Translations under genes and position numbers: made by a program
The notes under the pieces: model-generated
What the model saw: the letters and a program-made list of their open reading frames with translations, nothing else
Told to the model about the DNA's origin: nothing
Databases searched by the model: none
In this document: positions 25,376-38,800 of the stretch, in pieces
How the letters are laid out: the number at the start of each line of letters is the position of its first letter
Position numbering within the stretch: the first letter of the stretch is position 1
Assembly: GCA_030265395.1 (NCBI GenBank)
Contig: JARFYF010000112.1
Coordinates: forward strand, 68,280,482-68,344,481
Direction: 5' to 3'
Length of the DNA stretch: 64,000 nt
DNA from: Rhina ancylostomus
Lineage: Eukaryota

Positions 25376-25980
25376 TAATCCATAGAAAAGTACAGCACAG
25401 AAATGGGCCCCTGCAGACCACCTTATCCATGCTGACTGTGATGCCTATCTAGGTTAATTGTATTTGCTCACTTTAGGCCCCTATCCCAATAATCCTTCCC
25501 TATCCAAATACCTGTCCAAATGTGTTTTTAAACATCGTAATAATTATGTCTCCATTACCTCCTGGCATCTCATTCCAAATATCCACCATCCTTTGTGGGT
25601 GGGGGGGGGGTGGGAAACTTAACAGATTGCCTTTTGTCCTCTCATTTCTCCCCTCTCACTTTAAATATCCTGTCCTCTAGTTCTAAACTCTCCTGCTCTG
25701 GGAAAACTTTACTATTTGTCNNNNNNNNNNNNNNNNNNNNNNNNNNTAATCTTGTAAATGTAGATAAGGTCACCCCCTCACCCTCTTATGTTCCAGTGAG
25801 AATAAGCATACCCTATCCAGTCTTCCCTTCGTAACTATTGGCCTCTATTCCAGGCAACATCCTGGCAAATCTCTTCTGCACTCTTTATTCCCAATACATC
25901 TTTCCTATAGTATGGCGACCAGAACTGTACACAATACCTTCTGTGGTCTAACCAATTCTTTCTACGATGACAACATGACA
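25376..25980 (-). mobile_element. CR1-like LINE 3' fragment, opposite in orientation to the adjacent copy
   Basis: catagaaaagtacagcacagaaatgggccc... is the reversed 3' UTR. caggcaacatcctggcaaatctcttctgcact and ggcgaccagaactgtacacaatac are the reversed VQRRF.RMLP and YCVQFWSP motifs. Confidence 0.8.
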
Positions 25981-26255
25981 TTTTCAGTAAGGCCTTGACT
26001 AATCCTGTACTTTAATTCCACTTTCCTGCCAGATGTTTATTCCCTCTTATTCCTTTTGGTAACTAGAAATTTATCAATATCAGTGCTGAATTAGAGAATT
26101 TGAGGGGACTTGGGGGGAAAAATGGGCAAAAGGCAGGTAAATGGTGCTGAGCTAAAGATTGGCTGATTTCAGCTGAATTATAGACCAGTCACTTCATCTA
26201 ATTCAACTTGGGTACTGCTCATGTTTAGTAATTCTGTGTTTTTTTTTCCTCTCAG

Positions 26256-27930
26256 GCCATTGACTTCACTTTGGATGTGTAATCATTCAGGAAGTGGCCC
26301 TTTAATACTCTGTCACCATTCTTCATGTGTGATTACGAATAGTGAATACTAGCAGTTTATTTTCCACTTGGACAAAGTGGAGGATTTGATTATCTAAACA
26401 ACTTTGGTTTAAAAAAAAATTGGAAATCCCAGGTTCCTAATGATCCATTTCTATCTTTAACCTCCTTGCTTTCATGGCTATCCTGCCTGAGCTCTGCTAA
26501 TTCAGAAGTAAAGATTGACTGTGCCTCAATGCACAGGAGAACACTTTTGAGAATTGACCCCTAAGATTTCCTTGCATAGCTGCTCTGGTTGATTCACAGT
26601 GACTATAAATGTCATGTTAATGCCACCTGACCTGGTCTCTGCCAGTTGTATCTAGTTTAATCAAAACCTTTCTGGACTTGGCTTTAAATGGATAGGAAAT
26701 CCAAGCCTTTTAACCTAGAACAATATATTCCCTATGCAGGCATATATTTTAAAGATTGGGAAAATATTCTAGAGTTAATTAGATATTTCTTTAAATGTTA
26801 ATTCAATTCCTTTCTTCTGCAAAGATACAAATATTTCCAGATCTAATCCATTTAAGTTAATATATTACAGATGTTATCCAACTGAAAGCAAAGTAGCCAA
26901 TATGCTAGATATCAATGAAAGACAAAAGTTAGTCCTTTAGTCTTCAGAGTATTAAGCATATGGTGCCTAACTTGGTTTTCTTAAAGTTGCATAGACTATT
27001 GTTTGCCAAGTGTACATAGTGATTTCAATGATACTGAGCTTAAAAACGTTCTAATCCAAAGAAGTTGGAGATAATGGACTACTTGGTGGTAACCAGATTT
27101 ATCACTACAATTCCCCAGAGTGGCGTCTTATTAGAATTAATGTAGAGACATGGGGATCTCTTTTCTGAGTAAGTGATTCCAATTTAATTTTTAAATATTA
27201 AAAATTAATGCCATGTCAAATAAATCAAATTCCATTAATATTCAGTGACTTCAAAGAATAGTGAGAATTGTAGTTCTGTTATTTGGGTTTAATATAATTT
27301 TGATATAAAATAACTCTTATGACTTGATCCAGAATTTTGCTCTTGCTGATTCTTTTTCTCCTGCAATATCATTCTTTAACTTCAATGTTATGTGTGTGTG
27401 GTGGGGGGGGGGGGGGGGGTGGTTTGAGGAAAAGCTGGTGTTGTGATACCAACTCCCATCTCCAGTTCTGGAAGGAATGAGCCAATCATGCAGACCCACT
27501 TGGTTCACTAGATCAGATTTTAGTGAGGTTCTAACATGCAGCATTGCAAGAAAAACACAAAATAGAAGCACCACATCTCCTTTCTGGGGAAAGGCACATA
27601 TGACAATTATTTTTTTTCAAATGCCAGATTGGTAAATAATTACATGGAATGGTAAACTGATACAGAAAGAGAATATGAACATCATATTGCTTTGGAAGTA
27701 AACAACCAGAATACTTGAAACAACCCTTAATGTATGTGTATTAAAAATTCTAATGGGATACCAATAATATGTACAAAGCCCACAGGAAATCTATAGTATT
27801 TTCTGTTTGAATTTCTTTGAACATCAAAAGATGAGAATGTGGTGAAGTTTTTCAGCACTACTTTATACAAACTTAGTTGTCATAAGGCTCTCCATAAACT
27901 AAGCACTGAATAAATTGCATTGCCCTTTTT
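26256..27930 (+). other. APLN: Probable APLN exon 3 (non-coding 3' UTR); 3' end uncertain
   Basis: The donor 5 nt after the stop codon needs a downstream exon. A strong acceptor (tgtgtttttttttcctctcag|G) ends at 26255. The following ~1.7 kb has no recognisable transposon. AATAAA occurs at 27219-27224 and at 27909-27914, the latter followed by a T-rich tract. Mammalian APLN also has a non-coding third exon. Confidence 0.6.
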
Positions 27931-30900
27931 TGTTGATGCATGGAAAAGACACTCTTTATTACTCCCCTCAGAGGTGAGGTATGCTTTTATCATTTTTTTC
28001 TATATTTATATTTACGCAAGATATCTTCTATGGTTGCCAGTTTTCTCTTGTGTGCATAGTGGAAAAGGCGAATCTGCACACAAATCACATTTCCTTTCAC
28101 AGGAATCCTAATCTGACATGTCATACCAAAGGTAGTAAATCAAGGCTCACATTTACACTTCTTGCCTCCTTTTGTAAAGTAGAAAAAGCCATAAGCACTT
28201 AAATATGAAATATTATGGAAAAAGTGATTAGGCAAGGGAAAGTAATGAAGTTAGAGATGCACTGCAAGATATTGCAGCATGGAACTAGTCCATTTTGGCT
28301 CATCAAAGCCACACCAGTGTCATCTTCACATGAACCATCTAGTATTTCCTTACTTTCTTGTGTGAACCGCATGCCTTTTTAATATTCCACTCTTTTTCAT
28401 TTCTGACTTGCTTTCCCCATTGATATTTTGTTTCTTTCTCCTTAATGAATTCCTGATTGCTTGTGTAGCTGTATTTGTATAGTAATTTGTGTAGCTGTAA
28501 TAGTATTTGTATCTCTTCAGAAGAAAGGAATCTAATTCTCCTCTTATTTATAAACACTTTCATTTTCTGTTTTGAACAAGTAAGGCTACAAACCTCTTGA
28601 GGCTGTTATTGCCAGGTGAGGCCACTTTTAATCAACATCATCAGCTTTATTTATAGCCTGAAGTTTTCAGCAGAACACCTTTTTGTTAGCTGCTTTTTAT
28701 GAAGATTGAGCCACAGTAGTAGTTTCCTCATAATTCTGAAAGTAAACATCTTTACCTTACTGGATTTGATTGTACCTTCATAAATATTCTGAAATTGCAT
28801 AGCATCACTGAGTTGAAGTATTTGTGAAGCAAAAGCTGGCACACAAGCCTATGTCTATAAGTGATACGGGGCAAATCTCCAGACAAGGGAAAAGCATTAC
28901 AATCACAATCCTGTAATAATTGTGTATCATTGCAAAATATTACTCGCACTTTGTAGGTAAATTCAAATTGTATTTGAAACTTCGGGATAGGTTACAAAGA
29001 TTGTGGTTGGTTGTGATCTGAGAGTTTCTGACCCATCTTTTATTTTGGATCACTTTATTTTCTCTGCACTCCTCCTGCTTCTGGCAAACACCAATGACAC
29101 CATCTTTATTCACTAATGGGTGTCTTCCTTCCTTTGGCAAGAAGAATTTGTAAAGATTTCCCTTAAAAAAAATATAATTACACAATTCCTCATGGTCAGG
29201 CTCAAATGCAGGTTTATTGCTCATACTTAAAGGCAGTAACTTTAATGTAATAAATTCATACTACTTGGTTTCCTGCAGGCCAATCTTGGCTTCCATTGTT
29301 ACTGGACTTCTGACTGCCCTGTGAGCTCTTATACTGAAAACTGCAATCATTTCAAATTATCCCTCCTTGTCCCATTGCAGACCATCATATGAAATTTGTG
29401 CAATGAAACAAGACTCCTTCTGATTGAGCTTTGATTTAGCAACGATCCTGGTGCTATCCTATTTAACATCTATTTCAAAGGACAGGAGACATTAAAGCAT
29501 GTTCTAAAAGATACCTCTGTGAGCCTTTTTAGTCCCCAGCATTGCATCCAAGGAAGCATCACTTATTTTGACTCCATTTCCATTAGTGCTTTTTATCTCC
29601 ACAGCAACTATAATTATATCAATCTTCATGCTTGGTCTTTGATTCCCACACTTGTTGGTTGGGTTGGATCACCAGAAATGATGTGAAACTGCAATTGGCT
29701 GACTTAAATATTGACAGACGTACTGCACTTGGTTTCCTATGTGTTCCAGATCCATGCCACCCTAGCCCCCTGCCATGCCATCAGCATGACTGGAAATTAA
29801 ATCCAGTCCATGAAGTCTGAAAACTTTACAGAATTGTTCAGTGATTTTTTTTTTCTCACTAGGCTCAAGGGCTCTTTTTTTAAAAATTTTATCCTTCCCC
29901 AGGTGCTCAAAAAATCTACCTCCCCCAAAACACATGGTAATTAAAATAATGCTTGACACCATCTAATCATTACTACTTTATCTAGCACCTCCTTTATTTC
30001 CCATCTTTGCTGTTGCCCTGCACTGTTGGCTTGGCTAGTCACCAAACCTCCCAATATGGCAATTGGGAGTTTTCCAGAAAGGAAATAGCACAAATGCTGA
30101 GAATACCACCTGGAATGGAGGTATAGCTCAGCCAAAGTTTAATTTAGTTCATTACTGTCTAACTGTTCAGATATTTTGAATGTTTAATGGATTCTTTCAG
30201 CTCCATCACAGCTTCCAACATTCTGACTTCCCAGTAAACTGTGTGGCTTTTGAATTGAAAGATTTTCTGATATGCAGCCAATACCTTTTGGACTCTGGGA
30301 ACATTCTGCAATTAATCCCCTCTAAGTTGATAGTAATCATATGCTGTTGGATTTGGTTTTGAGGGCTGAAAGATTTGGCTGATGCTCTTTTAGCAAGATG
30401 ACTTGTATTCTTGGTTTAGTCTGCTGAGAATCAATGTTAAACTATCATGCCTACCATCNNNNNNNNNNNNNNNCTGCTACAAATGGAGGAACTTTGATTG
30501 GGTGGGGACATCAAATGCCTGATCAATGACACCATCCTACCCTGCATGTGTATTTGCAGCACTGGGTAGTTGAGTGCCATTTGAAGGAGATAAAAGGCAG
30601 GCAGGGTCTTCAGTAATGGACATAAATTGCAGCTCCCACAGTATGTTTGGGAGATCAGTTTAAAATTTGTACTGCCTGAGCTTTCCAGACATGCAGACAT
30701 TTGGCAGTGATGGGGAGAAGGGAGCTGCTGAGCCCACAGTGCTTGCCTGTCTAGGCAGGAAGAAAGTCCACTCAATCCAACCACTTGTGAAACCTTCAGC
30801 CTCTCCTATACCCAGTTGTTGCACTCAGCCATTCTCTTACCTTATTAATGCATGCATTAATGTTTAACATTAAGAGGCCAAAGTAATAATTGCCTTGCTG

Positions 30901-32829
30901 TTTCACCAGTAGAGCAGTGGAAGGTTTTAATGTATATTTTCTTTCAGCGTGTATGTACTTTAATACACCATTAAACATTGAGTTTTAAATTCAGGTATTC
31001 AATTTTTAAGAAAAATCAAAGGAGATTTTGTAATAAATGACAAACTGGAACAGTGCTTAAATGTTTAAGGAAAATAGTGAAACAATGATTCCAAATTTTT
31101 CATTTGCAAAAACACAATCTGAATAGAAAATGCTGAAAACATTCAGCAGGTCAGGCAACAGCATTTTTTTTTTGGGGGGGGGGTGGNNNNNNNNNNNNNN
31201 NNNNNNNNNNNNNNNNNNNNNNNNNNNNNNNNNNNNNNNNNNNNNNNNNNNNNNNNNNNNNNNNNNNNNNNNNNNNNNNNNNNNNNNNNNNNNNNNNNNN
31301 NNNNNNNNNNNNNNNNNNNNNNNNNNNNNNNNNNNNNNNNNNNNNNNNNNNNNNNNNNNNNNNNNNNNNNNNNNNNNNNNNNNNNNTATGTTAAAGTGCC
31401 AACATCTGTTGTTGGGGGGGGGGGAGGGGGGAAAGGAAAGAATCTGTTTGGAACCTACAGGATGAATGACTAAGTCAGAAATATTGCTGGGAAGATCAGC
31501 ATGATTGTTCCCATCCACTTGAACAAGCCTTTTTTTAAAAAATGTTTAGCAGAGTTAGAAGATATAGGCCTTTTTATTTTTAAAGAGCCTTAATATTCCA
31601 ATATTCAAATTTTGATAAATTGTTAATATCTACTTCTGTCATACACTACATTGTTGTACAACTTCAAATTCCATTCATATAGATTATTTACGTTAATTTT
31701 GAGGTATTCTGTGAATTTGCTATACACTAAGAGAACATGTAAAAAGGCATTGGAGGTGTACATTTTATGGAATTAAGGACCTTGTTAGATCACTGGAATG
31801 TGTATCTGTACATGCACATGCAATTAAAACTGATAAGGACAATAGCTCAATACATAAATGGACTTCGGTAAATGACTGTTAAGCACGTATTTTTAAAAAA
31901 AAACCTGAATGTCAAAGAGCCTGGACTTTGGGAGCAATCCAAGTGAGGTGCTCTAGTTTTTCAGATATAGTCATTTTGGCACAGATATATAACGCTTCTC
32001 TGACAAGGCTAAACCCATTTCAGATTTAGAGAGCCTGTCCAACACTTGCTGTGTGACAGGTAATTGCCCATTATTAGATCAACAGCAGGCCAACTCTGAA
32101 TTGGCACTGTTCCAGCTTGGTTTGCTATAGTGAAGAATTATTTCTCATTAATCCATCACAAAGTTTGTTCGTTTTTATTTGTATGTCCAAAAAAATGGAG
32201 AAACTTAAATTAATGTGACTTTTTACTTAGCTGCCAAGGCTCTGTATATATTCATTGGGTAATACTGAATCAAACACAAATCAGAATGACATACTTTCCA
32301 CACTTATGGAAAATAAATGCTTCCAGATCCATGGCTAGGAGGGATATGCTTCAAACAACACGTCTCCAGCTCTGGCAACTTGTTAACAGAATGATTCACA
32401 AACAGCTGTGCTGTCCATCATTCTTTCTTTTCTGTGAGGGCATTTTGAAAAGGCCGAACTGTCCTGTGTAATAGGAGCCTGTGAAAGCCATTTGTACCCC
32501 TCTCTCTCTTTCTCACAAACACATCCAACTCTGTAGAGCCCGGTTGCTTCAAGTCATTTTTCATTGGCATCCCCTTTATCTAATTCTTTTAGATCATCCT
32601 GACAACCTATCTGAACAGATATTACATTGTGCTGATTTAGCTGCTCCCCTATGGAGCAACAAATAGGGCACAGCTATTATCTTTACCTTAAACATCTGAG
32701 GTAAGGAAAGAGGGAAAGAAAATAACCAGGTTTCTTGTTCTTAATCTTTATGGAGTAAAGGAACAAATTTGGGTAGGGTTACAATTTAAGCTTGTTAAGC
32801 AACCTACTGACATTTATTTTCTGTGCTTG

Positions 32830-32997
32830 TGTTGCGTACCAGCAACAACAGAAACACACTGAGACATATGTGTTTAAAAACTACTTTATTAATAACTACT
32901 TACGATAATAAGTAAAATAAAAGTAAAAATGTTAAACCCCAAACATTAACTCCCAAAACTAACTAAACTTGTCGTGTGTGTGTGGCAAATTCCCAGA
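32830..32997 (-). mobile_element. Second copy of the LTR family, truncated by a gap
   Basis: TGTTGCGTACCAGCAACAACAGAAACACACTGAGACAT...aaaactactttattaataactactta is nearly identical to 17629-17714. Confidence 0.75.
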
Positions 32998-35590
32998 NNN
33001 NNNNNNNNNNNNNNNNNNNNNNNNNNNNNNNNNNNNNNNNNNNNNNNNNNNNNAACAGAGCAATATTATGTCATCAAATCCGTTCCTCTAAAATGTTATT
33101 GTAGGGGGATCTACATCATGTGAAAATATTGGATAAATAGACTCCAAATGTCTTCAAATTTAAGCGAAGAATCAACAGTACCACTACTAATTTTTTCCAA
33201 GTTTAAACATGATATAGTTTGAGAGAACCATTGTAAGGTAGTAGGGGGTATTGGATCCTTCCATTTAAGCAAAATGGATCATTTTACCATTAATGTAACA
33301 AAGGCAATCATACTGTTAGCGGAACTCAATCATTGGTAATCCAAAAATTGCAGTAATAGGGTGAGGTTGTAAATCAATCTTCAATACATTTGGAAAAAAT
33401 ATTTTTAACATTATTTCAAATGAGAACAGGACCAAGTTGATCCATTGTTGTACTTGCAATTCATGGTTTACAAGTTTCACATTTGACATGCAACTGCTTG
33501 TACTGTCACTCACTCATATTCCAAACACTGTGTGACTTGCTTGCTTTGTGACAATGTGGTCGAGATTGGTGGGTGGGTTGCTGTTTTTAAACGCACACTG
33601 CTTTTTTAAAAAAAACTATGATCTCTGCACATAAAATTCTCAATAGCTAATAATAACAAACTCAAGCTACTTGAAAGACATTTCTGTTTTATAATGGTTC
33701 ACTTGTACCTGATTATTATAAAATTTGAAAACAACAGGCTATTTCTATTGAGCACTTTGGCGGCAAGCAGCTTCAATAATGGAACCAAAAATATTAGCTT
33801 TGTGTCTAGCTTTGATCGTTTTTTTTTCCCCCTAAACTTTATCGCTGCAGCTTTTTTTTTGATATCTTCAGTATTCAGTTCCTCTTTTTCAAAAGCTATG
33901 TTTTCACTTTCAATGCAGCAAATCTGCCCAGAACAGACCAGATCTGCTGGTAGATAAGCCTGTAACTGGGCTATTCCCAAGTGTAGGCTGAAGTGCAGCC
34001 TTCCACTCAGTGGGCAGATTTCCCAGCCTGCTGTGGGACACCTGTTCTAATGCTGGGAAATCTGCCCACTGTGCCTGCACAGGGTTAGATCTTATGCAAG
34101 TACAGAAGTCCCATTAAAATGAATGGGAGAAATTGGCAGCCGCTGACAGAAAGGTAAGTAGTGCTTTTTAGCAGACAGGAAATATGGACTTAATTGCTGA
34201 TTGTTGTTTAATAGCTGGAGTTGCTATCAGCACTGCTCTCCATGCACAAAGATGGCCATCTCATGTGGCTTGGACAGTGATCAAACTCAAGGGTATCAAT
34301 GCCAGCTATCATAATGTGTCCAGAACTAAACAAATTGTCCAAATCAAAGATCAACAACTGCCAGCTGCCAATTTGGCAAAATCAACAAATGAACTGGCCC
34401 CTTTAAAAGAATTTTGATCATTGATGCATTCCTCAGATGTGTTCCAACTGTTGTAAAAATAGCAAAGAATGTGTTTTAAAAAAAGTTATATTATATCCAT
34501 TTGACAAATCTTGAGGTAAATCATCCAGTGTGAACTTTTTTTAAAATCCTGATGAACATTGAAGCAGAAATTAGAGGAAACTATAATTGCCACTNNNNNN
34601 NNNNNNCCAACTGAGGAACAAATCAAATCTGGGTAGAGTCATGGAAGTCTCTTCACTTATGCAAGAATTAGATCATTGTTCTTTCACTTTGTTATCTGTA
34701 TTCTTAGTTAGGTTTACATTGAGTTCCTAATAGTTTATAATGTAGGCTGTAAAGTGGGACAATGGAATAATTCAGCAGGATAAATGCCACTTTCGTACAA
34801 AGTACTGTGTAAAAAAAAATCAGCTGCAGAACACTATCGAAAATAAACTTTGCAGATATTTTCCAGATTACTTAATCACCAACAAAGTTTAAAAAAAATT
34901 GGATTTAGTTTCCCATCTTTTAAACAGTTATTTAAGTAAGATATTGTAGGGAACATAACAAACAGGTCTGAGGGTTCTAAACCACTTGATTGAATTAATT
35001 GCCTGGCAAGATACCAAATTAGATGTCAATGTTTTAAGGACTTGTTTTCCCACCTATTTTGATATCTTACTGTAAAACTTGTTATCATACAGATGCTTTC
35101 AATTTTTTCCCTCTTTTTCTCCTGGCATAATCATTACTGGCAGCTGATTCCCAAATTGATCGTCGATCTTTGACTAGTAGGAGGGAGGCCTGATCCAGAT
35201 TGCTAGACAACTTTAATTTTTATAGGCAGCACTTTTACCTGGCAAGCAGACTGAGAGTTTGGTTTAACTTGCTAAGTTTAACAGTCAGGATCAGCACAGG
35301 CAGGCCTGAATCTTCAATGTGTCTGTTTGGATGAGAGTCAAGAATCTGACTGCTAAATTTGCCAGAACAAAAACTGATTTTACTTAATGGAAGATTTGGT
35401 GATATACTTTGACTCAATCTTAAACTGTTAGCAGTTCTTTCATGTTAACTGTTCTGCTTCAGAAAGTGTTGACAACTTTCAGAATAACTAAGTTTGTATA
35501 TTGCCAATTATCGAGACTATTCAGCGAGGCATCCCTTTGCCTACATGTAGATCAGTCTAAAAGGCAATGGGGTATCTATCCTTGAACATA

Positions 35591-35839
35591 CCGGCAGTCC
35601 CCGCCTTATGAACGCCCGATTTACGAACATCCATACTTACGGGCCTTCGTGGGTCTCTGGGCCAAGTGCACATGTGCAGCCGGGGAACCCCCAGCCCAAG
35701 TGCGCATGTGCGGCTGGGGCCCAGCGTGGTCGCAACCCCTGGGCCTAGTGTGCATGCTCAGACACTTCCAAGTTGTGCACAAAATCTGGTTACGAACAGT
35801 CTCTAAAACAGAACTCGTTCATAACCCGGGGACTTTCTG
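35591..35839. mobile_element. Tc1/mariner-superfamily (Tigger/pogo-like) MITE
   Basis: TA on both flanks (35589-35590, 35840-35841). The ~24-bp TIRs are CCGGCAGTCCCCGCCTTATGAACG on the left and CAGAAAGTCCCCGGGTTATGAACG (reverse complement) on the right. The GC-rich interior has repeated AAGTGCRCATGTGCRGC units. Confidence 0.85.
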
Positions 35840-38800
35840 TACTATTATTTATACTTTAATATGAAAGTCTATTTTTCACCTGTTAGTACTACAGGCATAG
35901 TGTGGTAGGTTTTAATCTTCCTGATTAGGAGGTAACTTGGCACAGATGATTCTTCATCAAACTCCTCAGTTGAGATTAATGGGATAAAACCTGGCAGATT
36001 CAATGCAAGGGTAGGAAATTTACTGCCTTGTGAAGATCAAAATCTGCCTTAACTTTTATTGTCAAAAAGATGTTATAATCAGAACTTTAAACCTTCTGCC
36101 CTTCCCTTGCTTTCTCCTTTTTTTTTTCAGATTTCAGCAGTACAAGTTACTGTATCTATCATTGACCCAAGGATGTACATCCTTTTTATCATCAATTTAA
36201 ATTTACATTCGTCAAAAAGATGCTTTGCAGCTTTATCTGACTGAGTCAATAGGGAATGTTGTATGTAGGCACACCCAGAACTCCAAACATTGATGTTGAT
36301 AGGGTCATGTTACATGGTGGCTGCTCGGAAGTGTACAGCATGGTTTTATGGCCAGGGGGTTAGCTGATAACAAACAGAGCCCAAGATATTCCTCTGTATA
36401 TGGAACAACTTTGCACTTTCAAAAAGACCTTTATCAGAAACTTAGTTGCTAATCTGATTGGGTACTTGCATGATAGCAGGTTCCTTTTGAATCCTCTTAG
36501 CATATGTTTAAGCATAGAAGCTCCCAGATGTGTGTTAGAGTATCAAATGGCATTTGAAATTCTCTCTCTGAAAATTGTGTTTGTATGTGTGACCTACAAA
36601 TGGCAGCGGCAAATTGTGCAGAAGCAGGATTTTGCAATATGTTAGGCATGTTTCAGGTAATTTAAACAGGGGCTGATTTACCTGGTCTGTAGCCATGAAG
36701 TTCAGTATATGAACCCTCTTGCAGGCAAGTCCACTGTTAAGATCTCAAATCACCTGGCATTGATATCATTTCCTTCCTGCAATCACATCTCATTCCTCAG
36801 TGCAGGTCTCCTTTTTGTTCCTCATCACTGCTGATTGTATCCATGACCTTCCATCCCAACAATTTATTGTGAACTCTGTCTCTCCCCAATCAAGTATGAA
36901 CATCTTCCCTACCCCCCCCCAACCCCCCCCCTCCCACATACTCAACTGGATTCTTGCAGTTTCCCTGTGATGTCCTTTCACTATGACCATCTTTCTAACA
37001 CCTCTTTGAATTCGTACACTAATGCCACAGTAGCAGAGGGGTGGCCTTTGTGTGCACAAAGTTTGCAAGGTTGATATTGTTCAGTCCCTTTTGCTTTGTG
37101 CACAATAGAGTACTGTGCCTTGGTGCCCAGACATAAACCACACACTGTTCCATTGCACATTGTTGGATTAATGTATCTTTTGAGGTACAGAACAATTTCT
37201 AGCCCCAGACATTAGGCTAGTGTGCAAGAGGAGGAACAGCTATGTGGTTGGCACTGTGTGAAAGTTTGCATTTAAAGCCACGAAAGAGAAATTCCTTTAC
37301 TCAGTGGTTAGAGGCTAGAACACACTATCTGGAGACTTTGGAGTTTCACCTGAGATTTGAGTAATTCTGGGCTTATATATTTGCTTATATATAGTCCTTT
37401 CAAGCAAGTTGGAATCCTATTTTGGGTCTTGGGGTGACCTTACCTGTAAAGATTCTGGTGCTACCACATGCGATGGTGAGGAGGATAGTGCGCAACTACA
37501 AACCAGTTCTTAAAGATACTTTCCATACATACACTATGCTGGAGAAATAAGGCTCAAATGGACCATAAATGTCAATGTATACTCTGTCAGATAGGAAATG
37601 CAACTCAGCATGGGGAGACAAGAAGTAAAAGAAATAATTTTCAATGGGGAACTATAGTTTTGTTTCCTTGATGGATGAGATGGTATTGGGTTTAAAAAAA
37701 AAAGATGGCTTTCATATAGATAATATTGCAATCTCAGGGCAAAGTGTACACATTTGTGTTCATAACATTAAAGCCAAAAGCACAATTTGTAAAATCTACC
37801 CTGAGGTCACACAATAAAAATGGATAATAAAGGCCATTTGACTCACCTTAATTCATAACGAATGGAAAAAACATATGGAGCCTACTGATCTCTTCATTCA
37901 AATTCTCAACAAGTGCTCCTAGCAAACAACGCGGTGCATTGAATTTAGAATTATAACATTTACCCAGTTGCTTTACTGACTAGACTTTTTCCTTTATCAT
38001 ACAAGATGCATCTTTAGTTAACATAAAGTCAATCTTCGGTTCTAATTTTCTACTTTATTGAAAAATAAAAAATCTATGTTCTTCAAAATTAAAGATTTTT
38101 CAATGTGAAGTGGTTTGAATACAAAGCTATGTTAATCAGCAACCTTAAATAGCCCCTGGTTGTGTGGGGGACAAGAAAACTGGGGGAAGTTCATTGGCAT
38201 GAGAAAGAGAATAGTTTTACAGGGGAATAAGTGGGCAAATAGGACTGATGGGAATGCTCTAAGATTTGGAATGGACTTGATGGGCCAAATGAACTCTTCC
38301 CAAATCATGTGAAATGAGTTGTCACATTCAGTATATAAAAACATAAAGTGGGGAAAGAATGAAAAATGAGAAGTGTCTTGTTTTGTACATTCATTTGCTA
38401 TTGCAATGTAATTGGTATCCTTCAGTTCATTAAACATTTTATTTTCCTTTTGTCTTTTTTCCAGGAACACCTTTAATTCTCTCTCCTTTGAAGCTCATCT
38501 CTACCTTTTTGAAACCTCAAGGGAACCCAGGACATCCCTAGAAGTGAAGCACCCAAGCCTCACCATAGCATCATATCCATTTACAAGCATCTTAGTGTCT
38601 GCAATGAAAGGCGAAGGAACAAGCCCTCGTTCACATAGCTGACCTGTGACCTTGTCAGACACTTTGCACTGTGCAACATGTGATTTGAGGATCTGTCCAT
38701 GTCGATTTTTATCTTAACACAACACAGTTGTCTCCTTTGGGAGAACTCAACTATCTCAGGGTGTTTAACAAAAGAAAACATGCAAAAATCTGTGCTGATT

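Noticed and set aside
27400-27422. Long G run in the putative 3' UTR as a G-quadruplex
   Set aside because: Similar poly-G/C runs occur throughout the window (e.g. 15811, 23899, 31413, 50760), so it is not specific, and homopolymer lengths are unreliable.
33054-33061. AACA after the gap as the far end of the second LTR
   Set aside because: The flank GAGC does not match the left flank CTTG, so no TSD supports it.
33694-33980. Overlapping 87-aa and 93-aa ORFs on opposite strands with Lys or Phe runs
   Set aside because: The composition comes from poly-T/A tracts. There is no splice or homology support.
38500-38781. Minus-strand SYVNEGLFLRLSLQ, faintly like Harbinger transposase YVNRKGFHSLNVQ
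   Set aside because: Too weak without a profile search. The flanking catalytic motifs are not convincingly present.
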